DNA of 64,000 nucleotides from Octopus sinensis (Eukaryota): assembly GCF_006345805.1 (NCBI RefSeq), contig NC_043010.1:42098001-42162000 (forward strand), written 5' to 3'. Position numbers and translations under genes: made by a program. Below are positions 47,801 to 61,262 of this stretch, one piece after another (within the stretch, counting starts at the first letter, position 1; the number at the start of each line of letters is the position of its first letter). The notes under the pieces were generated by a model. It did no database searches. It saw only the letters and a list, made by a program, of their open reading frames with translations, and was not told the origin of the DNA.

Positions 47801-50681
47801 ATCTACTGCGCACGCGTGACAAAAATTAAGTGAGTAAATCAAAAGAAAGAGAAAGAGAGCCGATAGAGGTTATAAGATGTAATAAGATTTTTAAAGTTTG
47901 GGCAATCTCATTTCGTTAAAAGTGATCATTGATTTGAAGCTTGATATATTCTGTTTGAAATGTTGCAAATTGATCGAATAGTAAAACATTCCAGCAGAGA
48001 TCACCATGAAAGTTCCCTTAAATATCATTGTGCAACCAGCGTGAGTGAATCTGGTAATTGTGACTGCTGTTTGTATCGTGGTTGTAAGGAGTGGGTAAAT
48101 TGCTTATTTTGAAAAGCTCGTTTCTAATTAGCTTGCTGTTGGAAGTATTTATTGATTGATTCTCACTGTTTACTCTAATATTTCACTCTGAAAATATTTA
48201 TTAAACTAATTGGATTACCTGACATCACTCGAGAGCAATAACAAATATATAGTAAGATATATTATTCATAATATATAAAACAACAAACATCTAAAATACT
48301 TATATGAAAACAGATGGCAACTATTTTATCGAATAATTATTATTGCCTTTAAGCAAATGTATATTGCAATACAGAACTTTATGGTTAACATAATTCTGGT
48401 GATTACTATACTCTCTGTGGGGCGAGCATATCCTGGTACAGTTGCTGCTGGTAACAGTCAAACTCAAGATGTTACGGTTCTTCTAGATGTATATATGAGG
48501 ACTAGGTTACTATCAATCTTAATAGTGAGATACAACTTGCAAGGTACTCAAGCCTGCAAACATTGGTAGTCCTATAAACTTTATTAGGTTACTGCTTCAC
48601 TCAACTAGAGATCCCGCGTATATGTACATACATACATACATAAACGCCTGTGTATGTGTGTGTGTATTAAAAGAAATTGAATTAGTTTCTATAGATTCTA
48701 GAATAAAATGTGCATCTTTTACAATTTTCTAATGTAATCTTATACAATTTTCCAACTTTAATGTAATTATCTCTCGCTGGGAGTCATGTAAAGAAAATGC
48801 ATTTGGGATTAAATCAATACTCAATCATACACAAAGAAAACTACGCTGGCATACCAATATACACAAACAGAGCTAGGTATACAGTGAAGAAAAGAAGTTA
48901 TGAGAAAAAAGTAAGCTGGTAGACAGACACCTTAGACAGTTCCAATACTATTTAGAGTTCTATAGACATTACAGTTCTAAATCGACCCCGTTCACCTATA
49001 CTTACTTCTGAATCTGCTTACACTGCCATAGTCAAGCATAATTTTGGCGAAGTTCCCGTGTACTCAAGGGAAAAGGGAAGAGGCGGAAACTCAAAATGGA
49101 AATCAATGATAAAATATCAAAAGAATCTAATGGAAAACTAGAAAATCGTCTTTAAGTGGTTTTCCTCCTATTTCCATTCCTTTACGATATTCTTCGATTC
49201 TTTCATTGTCTCATTTACACATGACCTTTGAATCTTTCTGCTGCTCTTAAACTTCTTTCGTATATTATTCTTCACGCCGTTCTTTCTACTCACCCTTCGT
49301 TGTTTTTTTGTTTTTTTTCATATTCTTTCATCGACTTCCTTTATTCTCTATCGATGCCAACATTTATCCCTCAACTTACTTTGTTTATGTTTTGTGCTTT
49401 TCTCCCATATCTATACACTTTGGTATGTTTATGTGTATGTGTGAATTCTTACACATTCTATATACCTTTATACACACACACATATATACATATATTATAC
49501 ATATTTATTTTAAAATTGTCATTATCACCGTGTTCCTCCCTTCTACTTCTTTTTATACTTCCAACAATTTTATTTAGTTTGTTATTATTGTTGATAACTT
49601 TTCTGTCACTATTTATGTAACCATTTCGCCTTGCAATTTTCACTCTGTACACCTTTCTGAAACCTAAAAATTACTGCAATATGCACGCCTACCTACATCA
49701 AAATACCTTTAAAGTAAAACGTTTTAGAGCCAACCTATTCAAAAGTGTTTTAGTTTCTTAACCTTTACTGTTAATTCTTATAGAGAAAGTAATAGCTTTG
49801 TATTTGTTCATTTCTCATTACACAGATTCTTTGTACGCTGTTTTATTTACTCTCTACCATTCTTTTACTTTCCAACTATTTGTATATTTCTTTACGTTAT
49901 TTGGTAATTGCTTTTTTCTCCCTGCGTGTGTGCATGTGTGTTGTGTGGCGGACAGGGTAAAATAGCAAAACTCATTGCAATCTATTTTCCAGCAGCGACA
50001 TTAGATTATTTATTATAACTTGAGTAAAGATTCACAGAACAGAAATCTTATTTAAAAACATCTAGCAAAAGTGTACAAGCAACATCGCATATTTATTTCA
50101 AACAACAGAATTACTACAAGCAATTATAACATGTGTTATAATGATTAAAAATTGCCATTTAACTTGGAATTTTTTTAAATTCTCCAAATGTCACAATACC
50201 ACTTTAAAACGAAATATCTTAAAAGCTTATATAAAGATAAAGAAAAATACGTACCTAATTAGGTCAAAATTCTCATATATGAAAAGAATATCTTGTAGAA
50301 ATTATAACAACTTCATATAGTCTTGTGGTACAAAATTACTAGTTGGTTACACAAAATGAACAATAACAAAAACACTCTTTCAAACGTTTTAATAATATTT
50401 TCCATTTTAGAATACAATAGCTTTCGCCGAGTTTCCTGTAAGGGTATTTTTGTAATTCAGCCGTCGTAAACCGAAATAATGTTACAACGTTTCCTTTCCA
50501 TTCTACCTAAATGTAACTTATTCATACATTTACTTCAAATATTGTAATTAGCAATCGGCAGGCGATATAGTAAATGAAAATGTCTGAAACAGAATACAAA
50601 TAAAGAGAAGGAAATCAATAATGGTTTTAATTAATGCATCCTATGTTATTTTTTCATGTTATTCAAACCTTTTAAAATCCT

Positions 50682-50852
50682 AGCAGAATCGTTACCACGC
50701 CTGGCAAACTATTTAGTGACATTTCGTCCGTCTTTACATTTTGAGTTCAAATCCCACTAAGGGCGACTTTGCTTTTCATCCTTTCGGGTTGATAAAATCT
50801 ACTTATCCCATTGCCCGAAATTGCTGGCTTTGTGCCAAAATTTAAAATCAAT
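50682..50852 (+). mobile_element. SINE family B, diverged
   Basis: GCAGAATCGTT...GAGTTCAAATCCC...TTTTCATCCTTTCGGG. Confidence 0.7.
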
Positions 50853-51019
50853 ATTCTAAAACCCTTTTAGGAAACAAACGCTAAAATCACTCAGGTTTCA
50901 ATTGTTACAATAGAATGAAATATCAGTAGTTTATCGCAGATATATATGCATGGATGTGTGGTTGAGAAGCTGGCTTTACGATCATGTAATTTCGAGTTCG
51001 GTCCCACTGCGCAGCACCT

Positions 51020-51432
51020 TGCAATCCAGAAACAGGAAATGTCAACCAAATACTTGATGTACAAAAGGGACAGAGACGCAGGAAAAGGAGAAAAATGTAA
51101 AAACCGATGCAGACTTTGTGTAGTTAATACCGAAGAAATCACCCATATCATAAGCACTTGTTCGAAAATATCACGGTATTATCAACCGATGAGACATGAT
51201 GTAACTAGGGCACTGTATAATAAGAAGGATTACTGGTGGAATGTCCCAGTAAAAACTTCAATAAAATGTAAACATAATAGACCTGACATAGTGAACTTGG
51301 ATAGAGAAGAGAAACTGTGTACAGTCGTGGAAATCAGCTGCCCAGCGGATGTTAACATACAGCTAAAGATCAGCGAAACAGAAAATACCTGCGACAAACT
51401 ACTCAGAAATCTACAGTTAATCTATCCAGATA
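51020..51432 (+). pseudogene. R4/R2-type non-LTR zinc-finger plus restriction-like endonuclease fragment
   Basis: CRLC...ITHIISTC (CCHC), RHD, and NRPDIV...VVEISCP (PD-(D/E) endonuclease). Confidence 0.82.
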
Positions 51433-52934
51433 TTTTGTACCTTTGTTTCTGTATCTAAATATGCTGTCACATTAGAAATGATTGTCGGTAATGTATGGTG
51501 GAACCATCATTTAAGGATGTGAGTTTCTCTATTCTTGTTGTCTTATACTCCGAATTTATTGAAATATTTGCATTTACTTGTCATACATGACGATTTGCCT
51601 TGGATGTTAATTCCGCTTGAATTTATTAAACCCTACTTCTTGCTTTACTTCTTCTTCTCCTCTTCTTCTTCTTCTTCTTCTTCTTCTTCTTCTTCTTCTT
51701 CTTCTTCTTCTTCTTCTTCATATACGTACATACATATATATATATATATAATATATATATATATATAATATATATATATATATTATATATATATATATAT
51801 TATATATATAATCAAGTAAAGCCGTTATGTCAACATGTATTTCTAATCGGTATATCTTTACTACCTCTGAAGGAATTCATATTAAAATGATTTTCACTTT
51901 ATAAATGATGGAATTTTAATTACTATTTCTAGCAGGTTCAATGACCACATAAACTCTCCTATATTTGTGAATATATGTGTGTATGTTAGTAAAGTATGTA
52001 GATGATGAATACCGAAGAAAATTTCTTCTTCATAATAATGTTGTTGACATCAATAACGTAACATTTCAGAGAAAAATCCAAAAGTTTCTCGCACTTAAAC
52101 AAAGAAATAATTTTCAAGGAATTGCTTTTATTTACAATAAAGACATATTTTATACATATTTTAAAAATAGATACATAATTGTGGTATATCAGCATATATT
52201 TAAGTAAGAAGTAAATGTTTTTTTTTTCATTACAAACAGCAGAATTTACAATTTTACCGACTAAATGACTTTTGTAAAATAGTTTACTCACCTCAAAAAT
52301 ATATACTTTCGAGTGGAAGCAGTGAGTACATTCAATAAATCGAACTTTATATCAGAGTACATTCTATTACTGACTGATCGTTTCAGTAAATTTGTTGCTA
52401 TTTTCATTACCTTTATCTTTCTTTTTATTTTATTTTACTTCCATCACAGTTTACTATTGTATTCGAATGGGAAATATTCATTAACATGTTTTCAGTAGCG
52501 TGCGACGAAAAGACTCTATTCTGATCCGAATCCTATTTCTTTTACGCTGCATTCGTGAATTCTTTGAATAAATACATTATTTTAGATTTTTTTTTTTTTT
52601 TTTTTTCTTTTGCAAATTAATTACTTGAAAATTCTTTTCCTCTGAGGATAACGTGTGATGGACAAGAAGACAGTCGGACAGAGAAGCATGGCTCTTACAA
52701 AATTCATATTAGCACTAGGTCGATTGGTTTTTCCCCACACCATTTTCTTAGCAAAAGCAGGTATCTTTTTGCAAGATTTTCATATTTTAATTTTTACATT
52801 AATGAAACGAAAGGATTTTATTATCTTTGGGCATTCATTTATGTACGCACACGTATATACATACATATATGCATGTGTGTATGTTTGCGTGTGTGAGTGC
52901 GTGCGTGTGTGTGTGTGTGAGTATGTGTGTGTGT

Positions 52935-53078
52935 GATGAGGAACTTGGCACGCAATCATATGATTCTGGGTCCAGTCCCACTCCGTAGCACCTTGGGAAA
53001 GTGTCTTCTGCTATAGCCTCAGGTCAACCAAAGACTTCTGAGTTGATTTGGTAGACGGAAAATGAAAGAAAGTCGTTG
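52935..53078 (+). mobile_element. SINE family A 5' half, diverged
   Basis: CCTTGGGAAAGTGTCTTCTGCTATAGCC...GATTTGGTAGACGGAAA. Confidence 0.75.
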
Positions 53079-53100
53079 TGTGCGTGTGTGTGTATATATA

Positions 53101-53192
53101 GACTTTTTCTATTCCTGAGCGTTATACTAATACATCTGTTTATTTTGTTCACCACCTGTCTTCGCCTTTTGTATTTTTCATAAACTTTCCCT
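53101..53192 (+). mobile_element. Penelope-like terminus between (TA)n
   Basis: Same family as 4299-4392 in the opposite orientation. Confidence 0.5.
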
Positions 53193-53214
53193 ATATATAT
53201 ATATATATTTATGG

Positions 53215-53540
53215 TTTATAGGTTAGAGACAGGTGTTCTATATATAGAACAGACTTCGAATGGAGAGTGGACAGATGAAAAGTTGATACCAGATAACATT
53301 GAAAGTCAATGGTTTTGGAGTGACATCTGGAGCAAAGACAAGGAGCACAAGAAGAATGCTGAATGGTTGCAAGAACTGAAACAAACAGTAGTCGGTCCAA
53401 AACAGGCAGAACTAGTCATTTCAGTTAGGGAAGTGAAGGAAATCAGCAAAAAAATGAGCAACTGGAAGGCTCTGGGACCAGATAGAGTTCAAGGCTACTG
53501 GATCAAAAGATTTGGTGAATATCATGCACGAATAGCTGAG
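53215..53540 (+). pseudogene. R4/Dong-clade fragment, N-terminal part of RT
   Basis: FWSDIWS...HKKNAEWL...NWKALGPDRVQGYWIK (KAPGPD motif). Confidence 0.8.
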
Positions 53541-53611
53541 AGTGAATGTGTGTTTTTCTTTGCTGTCACGTCTCACGAATGAATCTTTTTTAGACCGAAT
53601 GACAAGAAATG

Positions 53612-54092
53612 ACAAGAAATGGGTTCTCTATAAAATTGTCTAGCGCCGATGACAGTGGGTAGGAGAAGGAGAAACACCGGCACCCAAGGCTAAAGGAGGT
53701 CTTCACCCACGTAAGACGTTGTTACCTGTCTGGTGGGATATGAAAGGTTTAGTCCACTTTGAACTTTAAAACCCAAACCAAATGATAACAAAAGAGATCT
53801 TCTGCGAGCAACCTGAGCGGCTTAACGGTAGAAGACAAACGACCATATTTGGCTTCAAGATGAAAGATGTTCTTCCACCAGGATAATACTCAACCACATA
53901 CAGCAAGGATGAATGGGAAACGATGCCCCACTCACCATATTCGCTGAACATTGCCCTATCTGATTATCATTTATTCCGTAGTTTTCGAAATCGTTTGGAC
54001 AGAAAAAACATGAATTCTGTAGACGAGGTCTAAACTGTGCTGGGAAAATTAAAGTATAGAAAGAAACCCGCATTATTTATGGGGATGACCCA
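53612..54092 (+). mobile_element. mariner 3' half (family of 40337)
   Basis: VWWDMKG, HQDNTQPH and HSPYSLNIALSDYHLFRS motifs; right TIR ...GGGATGACCCAA|TA. Confidence 0.85.
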
Positions 54093-55619
54093 ATACATTG
54101 TTTCTATTAAATATATTTTATATTCTGTGTAAATCGACTTGTCTAACTTGTTTATCATTACATTTAATATGAGCAATTCTTTTTAATATTGATAATTAAT
54201 TTAAGGGAGATGTCTAGTCTATTACATCGGCCCCGGTATTCGACAGGTGCTTATTTCTGAAAAGCAAAGTCGACCTAGGCAGAATTTCAACATTTCGTCT
54301 GTAAATGCGGATGAAATGCCGCCAAGCATTTTGTCCAGCATGATAAATACTCTGTGTCAGCTCTCAGTTTTACGTGTCACTAATAATAACTGCATTAGCT
54401 TGTTTAAGCGTCGTTGTAGGGACCATAAAGCGCATACAGTAAATGATGGATGTTGATGATCGTTGAAATGTGGACGAAAACATTAATGTTGATGATTTCA
54501 ACGAATTTTATAATGACCGAATACTTCAAAGTTAGCATAACCACAAGCTGGCAGTAAGAACTGTTGATGCGTTTGATCTTATGCATCTGCTCTTTTATAC
54601 GGCGAGTTGCTTGATCGCTTCATATTGAGTTTGTCTTTTTCACATATCATGTTTGTTTGTCCCCAGCTTGTTGTTGATTAGAAATACTGCTATATTCCCA
54701 ACAAGATAAGAAATAACTGCATGTTAACTGGAAATTTAAATCATTGCAAAGATTTTTTTTTCTTACTTTGCTTCTAACTTCTTTGATTATTTCTTCATTC
54801 GATGAAGTTACTGCTGTTTATTATTTATTATAGGAAATTTGTATTTAGTTACAATAGCATTATTTATTATTGTTTGTACTTGTAGACTGTCAATGAAATA
54901 TTATGTTTACACATTATAAACACAACGTAAAATACATACATAAAAATCTGCATATTTAAAAAGAAGATGCATTTTATTGTTTTAATGAATGCTTTTCTCC
55001 ATATTCATATGTTTTGGAATGTATATATGATTTGTTATTGTATGTATTAAATTGACCAATGAGTAATGGCGTCGGTACGCTCCAGAATTGTTGCTTTTGA
55101 AATTCAATTTCTGTACTTGATTGTAATTATTTCTTTTTATTAACATGTTTTATGAAAGGAGTTTCTGATTTTGTGATTAGGAGATTATCAAAATGTGTCA
55201 CGCTCTTGATTCTGTTATTCTGGTTTATAAGAGTATATCTATGCTTTTGTATTAAACACTTAATGGATAGCTTTTGAGAGTCATATATGGTTAATAGTTT
55301 TCTAAAACACATTTTACATCAGTGTAAGTGTATATTTATCAATAGGTGTACTAATACCATTTGTTCTGCTCAACTTGAGTCCGTTGATATCCTTTATACT
55401 GATTCTTGAGGATTTCCTATTTTCTGCTCCGTTGGTCTGTTTTATCTGAGCTGATTGCTATATATGTACTGGTGTAGATGAAATATGTAATGTGTGTATC
55501 TGTGAAACAGAGAGGAAAATTAAAACTGCATATGTTATAAACTTAGAATATGTGTTTATTAATAAAAGTTTAATAGCGATATTCTTTTATTAATACAAAC
55601 GTAACTCATATGAAATATG

Positions 55620-55890
55620 TCATAAATAACAGTAACAAATTGATATGAGACCGCCAGAAAATGTTGTTGACAAAGAACCGGAGAAATTGTATTCACCTCA
55701 ATAAATGTCATTGATTGGTTGAAATTGCCGAAATGCAAGAAATTAAACAACAAATAGCTTACAAACTACAGAATTTTCTCAAGAAAGCCAAGAGAAAAAG
55801 AAGTTTTATGTAACATATTCTACCAGTATTAAAAGTGTTTAGTTACAAAGATGTTATTTGAAAAATCTGTCAGTCAAAGCGAAAAGATCC
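55620..55890 (-). mobile_element. Diverged, partial Merlin-type MITE copy 5
   Basis: TGATTGGTTGAAATTG...AAAGCCAAGAGAAAA...GAAAAGATCC end. Confidence 0.7.
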
Positions 55891-56712
55891 GAAAGAGGAA
55901 AGAAAAACAGAAGTTTTTAGAACATTTTCTAATGAGAACAGAAGGGTTGAGAGAGTCCCAGAAGATGAAATAGAAGATCTAATAATGAGCTGTATTGACC
56001 AGGAAATAATTTTCCTCACAAAAGGAAAAGATTACGGATAGTCGCAATAACATTTGGAACGGAAGAAGAGGCAGCACAGAACGCTAAAGACGTGATGGAA
56101 GGAGACAAATGGGGACTATTACCATGCACACCAGGGAAAAAATTAGTAAAAATCAAAGTTGGGTGGATACCACCAATGATAGAGCCTAAGTGGGTGATAG
56201 TGGACATTTTTGGCGAAAAACTGCAGAAAAAAAACTCAGAACTGGAGATTCACTTAGTGAGCAAGACCGAATGCTGCAATTTTGGGGGATTTCGTTTAGA
56301 AATTGTCGGAAATGTAAGCCCAGAGTATTATGAGAAAGTACCAGAAACAATAGAGCTGCCAACGGGAGAGAAGTTGGAGATAATGCTGACAGGAAGACCA
56401 CCTAAATGCTACAAATGCGGCAAGAGAGGACATACAATGAAAAATTGTCTGGAGGAGTTATTAAGATACGCAGATATAGCTTTTATGACACATAATGACA
56501 AACAGGCAGAGACAAAAAGCAGGAAAAGAGAAAGAAAGAAGTCTCTAACAACAGCAGAGATAAAGAGGAGTAAAGGAATGGAGGATGAAATGCAACAAGG
56601 AACAGAATATGTTGAGGAACCATCAACAGAGATACCAGAAACAGAGGTGGAATTACAAAGCGACGAGGAGGTTGAGCAAAAAGGCTTAGACTCTCATGAG
56701 AAAGACACATAG
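55891..56712 (+). pseudogene. gag/ORF1-like nucleic-acid-binding protein with CCHC zinc knuckle (retroelement-derived)
   Basis: 206-aa ORF 56092-56712 with CYKCGKRGHTMKNC and a basic/acidic tail. The coding-like reading extends upstream through a frameshift (EVFRTFS...IIFLTKGKDYG / VAITFGTEEEA). Confidence 0.65.
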
Positions 56713-57557
56713 AAAGAGGATGAGAAAGTGCAGTCGGATGAATGCCCAGACAAGCAAGAGTGTGAAAGTGTACAGATGAAACAATCACAGCGGAGAGTTG
56801 GATTGGAACAGCATGGAAATGGTAAAAGGAAGAAATTGTGAGGAAAACAAAAACAAGAAGTAAAACAGTGTGAGATAGGTTAAAGAAAGGTAAGTATATA
56901 AAATTGTGGAAAGAACTACAATAAAATGAAAGCATTTGAACATTGTAAATTATTGTAAAGAAAAAGAAGAAATAATGAATTGATGAACAAACAAGTATAT
57001 AAAAATGTTATTTTTGTTGGGGAAAATAGGACATATATGAAGGTTTGATTTAAAAGACAGGAAAAGAAAGGAACGGTCACGGTTTCGCATTGCAGCGAAA
57101 CTAGAGGTGGTTTTAAGATTAATTGTAAAGTTAATTATAAAGTTTAATAATAAAGTGTGTTTGTAAGGAGTTATTGTAAAGTTTAATAGTACAAACAAGT
57201 ATTTAAAAATGTTATTTTTGTTGGGAAAAAAAAAGGGAATTGTAAAGGTATTCCCGGTTCGTCTCGCAGCGGGGGCGCGATGGCCGTCTCATTTGCATCA
57301 TAATCATATTCATTCTTATCATTTTCAGCTAAAAGTGACCCTAAGGTTATGCCTGTTGAAAATGCGTTTATACCTATGTGAACGAGTAAAGTGTTTATCT
57401 ACTAGGGAGAAGGTGGGATGCAAACCGAATGATATTTCTGCAGCACTTCCTTCTGCGAGTGTTAGGGCCCGGCATGTAGGAGATGTGGTCCATAAATCCG
57501 CTAGCAGCTAGTGCCTCCTTATGGTAAGGAGATGCTGCATCAAAAATTATCTATCTT

Positions 57558-57628
<71 letters not shown>

Positions 57629-58020
57629 CTGTGTGTGTGTGTGTATGTATGTATGTATAAATTCTGCATACAGCTCAGACAAATTTCTTATGTGATGAGA
57701 ATCGAATAAAATTTGTGGCAAGTTCCATATAATTCTGTCTACAGAAATAAAAACAAAAACGCCACTTGCTAACATTTGTCAGTGTTTTCGGCATGCTGCG
57801 GAAATATTGACCACACGCACACACGCATGCTCTCCCTCTTTCTCTCTCTTCTCTCTCTCTCTCTCACACACACACATTCATATAAGTACCTAACATGAAA
57901 GAAATTTAATAATTTCGAATAGAGGTAGGACACTCATGTAGAAGTAGTAAATAACACATGCGCCTTCTTAACATTTTAACATAGAGTACAGTCTTGTATG
58001 AAGCAAAGGGAGTGTATATA

Positions 58021-58254
58021 TATTTCTTTACTACCCACAAGGAGCTAAACATAGAGGGGACAAACAAAGACAGACAAAGGGATTAAGTCGATTACATCGA
58101 CCCCAGTGCGTAACTGGTACTTAATATATTGACTCCGAAAGGATGAAAGGCAAAGTTGACCTCGGCGGACTTTGAACTCAGAACGCAGCGACGGACGAAA
58201 TACTGCAAAGCATTTCGCCCGGCGTGCTAACGTTTCTGCCAGCTCGCCGCCCCT
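58021..58254 (-). mobile_element. SINE family B monomer with 14-bp TSD
   Basis: AGGGAGTGTATATA at 58007-58020 and 58255-58268. Confidence 0.92.
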
Positions 58255-58787
58255 AGGGAGTGTATATAATCCACAGTGTGTCGGTACAAGAACAGCGAAT
58301 TGTTGGTGCTATGAAAGTCTGTTTGAAAACTACTGTAGGTCCTCTTTCCTTATTTATGAAAGCGAGATGTTACATTATCAAAGCATAAATGATTGTTGAA
58401 AGGAAAAGGTGTGTCGTGGATTTTGTTTGAAAAATATTAGCTGCATTAGGAATAGAAGTAGGCTCTGTTTTTCAGAGAAGCGACTGTGTCTAACAAACTC
58501 TTCCAGCCGGAGACATTTCTGAATTCCAAAATTGATATTTTGTCACTCTGCTCTCATGAGCGTAAAGATATTTTCACAAACAAATCGAGTACCACCGAAG
58601 AGGAAAGATTGGTGATGTCTCATTATGAATTTGATTCCTTCTTAGCAGCTTCGGCCATTTCATTTTTCTTGCTATCACATACTCTTGTATCTGCCTCTCT
58701 TTCTCCAATTTTCATTGTCCCATGTCGTTTTCTTAACTCTTTCTCTCACTTTGTTCCTCTCTCTTTTTCTCTATTTCGTAGACAATT

Positions 58788-58824
<37 letters not shown>

Positions 58825-59117
58825 TCTACTCCAGCGGCCTACACACTATAGAATTCTTAGTATAGTGATTAATTGCCTACACTTTTCGTTCCAGTTGTGT
58901 TGAAGTGAAATTGTTTTTTTTATACCATACGGTTTGTGCTTGTGCAAATGTAAATATTTGCATCTTCAGTCCAAAAAAGCCTGGTTATGATTTTATAATT
59001 TTACGGGAACCAATGTCTATCGTCTTTTCAATGGTACTTTCTGCTTAAAGAAGTGTGATTTCACAGGAAATCGTTCAGTAATATTCTTTCGACGAATATA
59101 GTTTTCGATGTATTATG

Positions 59118-59310
59118 TACGAGGCGTGCTGAAAATTTCCCGGATTTGGGCAAAAGAGAATATAGGAGGATTAGTTAATCATGACTTTATTCAACACATT
59201 TCCCTCTCAAATCCACACACTTCCTGCAGCGGTCCTTCGGTTTTCTAAGCCCTGTAAAAGAACTCAGATAGCTGGGCCTTCAACCAGGCCTTTCGAGGTA
59301 CCGTTAAAGC
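59118..59310. mobile_element. mariner-like terminus
   Basis: TA|CGAGGCGTGCTGAAAATTTCC resembles mariner TIRs; single end only. Confidence 0.45.
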
Positions 59311-59363
59311 CATGAATTGTTCAACCTTCGTGTGCATATATATATGTGTGTGTGTGTGTGTGT

Positions 59364-59433
<70 letters not shown>

Positions 59434-59465
59434 TGCGTGCGTTCGTGCGCGGGCGTGTGTGTGTG

Positions 59466-59501
<36 letters not shown>

Positions 59502-59994
59502 ATATAAATCCCGTTCTGTGTGTGTATTTGTGTAAAAGATTATAACAGGTGTATTTTCCAACTAATTGCGCTGAAATTTTACACATAGGTAAAATACATC
59601 ACAGCGGTTGCATCAGTTAACTTTCATAACATAATCGTTAGTTTCAAAGTGAGATTTACCCTCCGGTAATTTCATATTGCAATTAAACATGATTCTTACA
59701 AATTGCCTTCTTGTCCATAGAAATGTCGTGTATACTTTTTGTACCGATTCTTCAGCCATCCAGTTAATTAAACAGCATTCCGAACGATAATTTTCCATAT
59801 TTTCACATTTTAATGCCCGATATCTACAAATAAAACATGTTCTTTTATGAATACCAACTCAGTTTTGACTCATCGTCTCGACTACGTCAAATAATCCTCA
59901 ACTTTAAGCATAGACAGAAGCGGAATTACACTATTTTTATCTCCAGTCCTGTAACGACTTACACATCCAATGGTCCGGGGGCGATGTGCATTTG

Positions 59995-60045
<51 letters not shown>

Positions 60046-60053
60046 TATATATA

Positions 60054-60162
60054 TGGCCTGCTCGCTTAGCCAGCGGGGTGGCGTCATTCGAAGGCTAAAA
60101 CAATGCGAACGCATTGTGACCAGCGATGTGTAAAAACATCTGATGGTCTGGTCGGTCACGTG

Positions 60163-60163
<1 letters not shown>
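60054..60163 (+). mobile_element. Short retroelement 3' end between (TA)n
   Basis: 110-bp GC-richer insert ending CACGTGA-(TA)n; family uncertain (RTE-like UTR suspected). Confidence 0.35.
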
Positions 60164-60198
<35 letters not shown>

Positions 60199-60239
60199 TG
60201 TGTGTGTGTGTGTGTGTATGTGTGTGTGTGTATGTGTGT

Positions 60240-60610
60240 GTGGCTGTGTGGTAAGTAGCCTGATTACCAGCCACATGGTTCCGGGTTCAGTCCAACTGCG
60301 TGGCATCTTGGGCAAGAGTCTTCTGCTATAGTCTCGGGCCGACCAATGCCTTGTGAGTGGATTTGGTAGACGGAAACTGTAAGAATCCTGTCGTATATAT
60401 GTATATATATGTGTATGTGTGTGTATATGTTTGTGTGTCTGTGTTTGTCTCCCTAGCATTGCTTGACAACCGATGCTGGTGTGTTTACGTCCCCGTCACT
60501 TAGAATAAGTACTGGGCTTACAAAGAATAAGTCCCGGGGTCGATTTGCTCGACTAAAGGCGGTGCTCCAGCATGGCCGCAGTCAAATGACTGAAACAAGT
60601 AAAAAGAGTA
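60240..60610 (+). mobile_element. SINE family A
   Basis: As 5510-5902, with a small internal deletion. Confidence 0.9.
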
Positions 60611-60612
60611 TA

Positions 60613-60905
60613 TACGTGGTCTGATCAATAAGTATCCGGACTGTTGTCATAGTAATGAAGCTAAAGCACGCGGAGTAAGGCTGCTTGGTACAGATTGACC
60701 TTAAATTCTGCTGTGCAAGCGCACTAAGTTTTAACGTTCTGGCTCACTCCCGCTGTTTACACCAGTACTTGTAAGGAACGTGTCTTGCGTGTGATTGTTG
60801 CATTGACCATAACAGAGAAAGCTGAGCAGAGAACCTGTATCAAATTTTTGCCAAGAGCTTAGCGATACTCGCTCAGAGGCCTACACGAAGTTTTCAAAAA
60901 ATGTT
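60613..60905 (+). mobile_element. mariner 5' end (second family)
   Basis: TA|CGTGGTCTGATCAATAAGT TIR-like start; transposase N-terminus EQRTCIKF. Confidence 0.6.
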
Positions 60906-61097
60906 CATTGTTCTCGACACAATCAAGGAAACTCAATATATATATATATGTGTGTGTGTAGAGAGAGAGAGAGAGATGATGGTGGTTATTATTGCCACTA
61001 CTACTATTGTTAGTGGTTTTGATGCCTTCATTACTATTATATTTGGTCTCTGCACTGATTTTGTAGTGAAAATCATTCTCTTCTTTCTTTCTTGCAG

Positions 61098-61262
61098 GTG
61101 AGTACAAGTTGCTTCCGATCTTCACTTTATAGGCGCTCTCACATAGTAGGTTGCTTTTCGTTATACCCAAACTTTGCCTGCACAGACTGCTACAATGTCG
61201 TTCAGAAGCCAAAGCAGATTGGGTTGGGGGACACGAGTGAACTACAGCCAGACGAGTTATAC
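61098..61262 (+). other. Candidate exon / recursive-splice exon (165 nt)
   Basis: Branch-like CACTGAT, about 20-nt pyrimidine tract, TGCAG acceptor, downstream donor AC|GTAAGT. Open in frame 0; also contains ACAATG open to the donor (MSFRSQSRLGWGTRVNYSQTSY). Confidence 0.5.

Noticed and set aside
58468-58824. 112-aa ORF after a TTTTCAG acceptor-like site
   Set aside because: No homology recognised, no good donor, and it runs into low-complexity CT/GT repeats.
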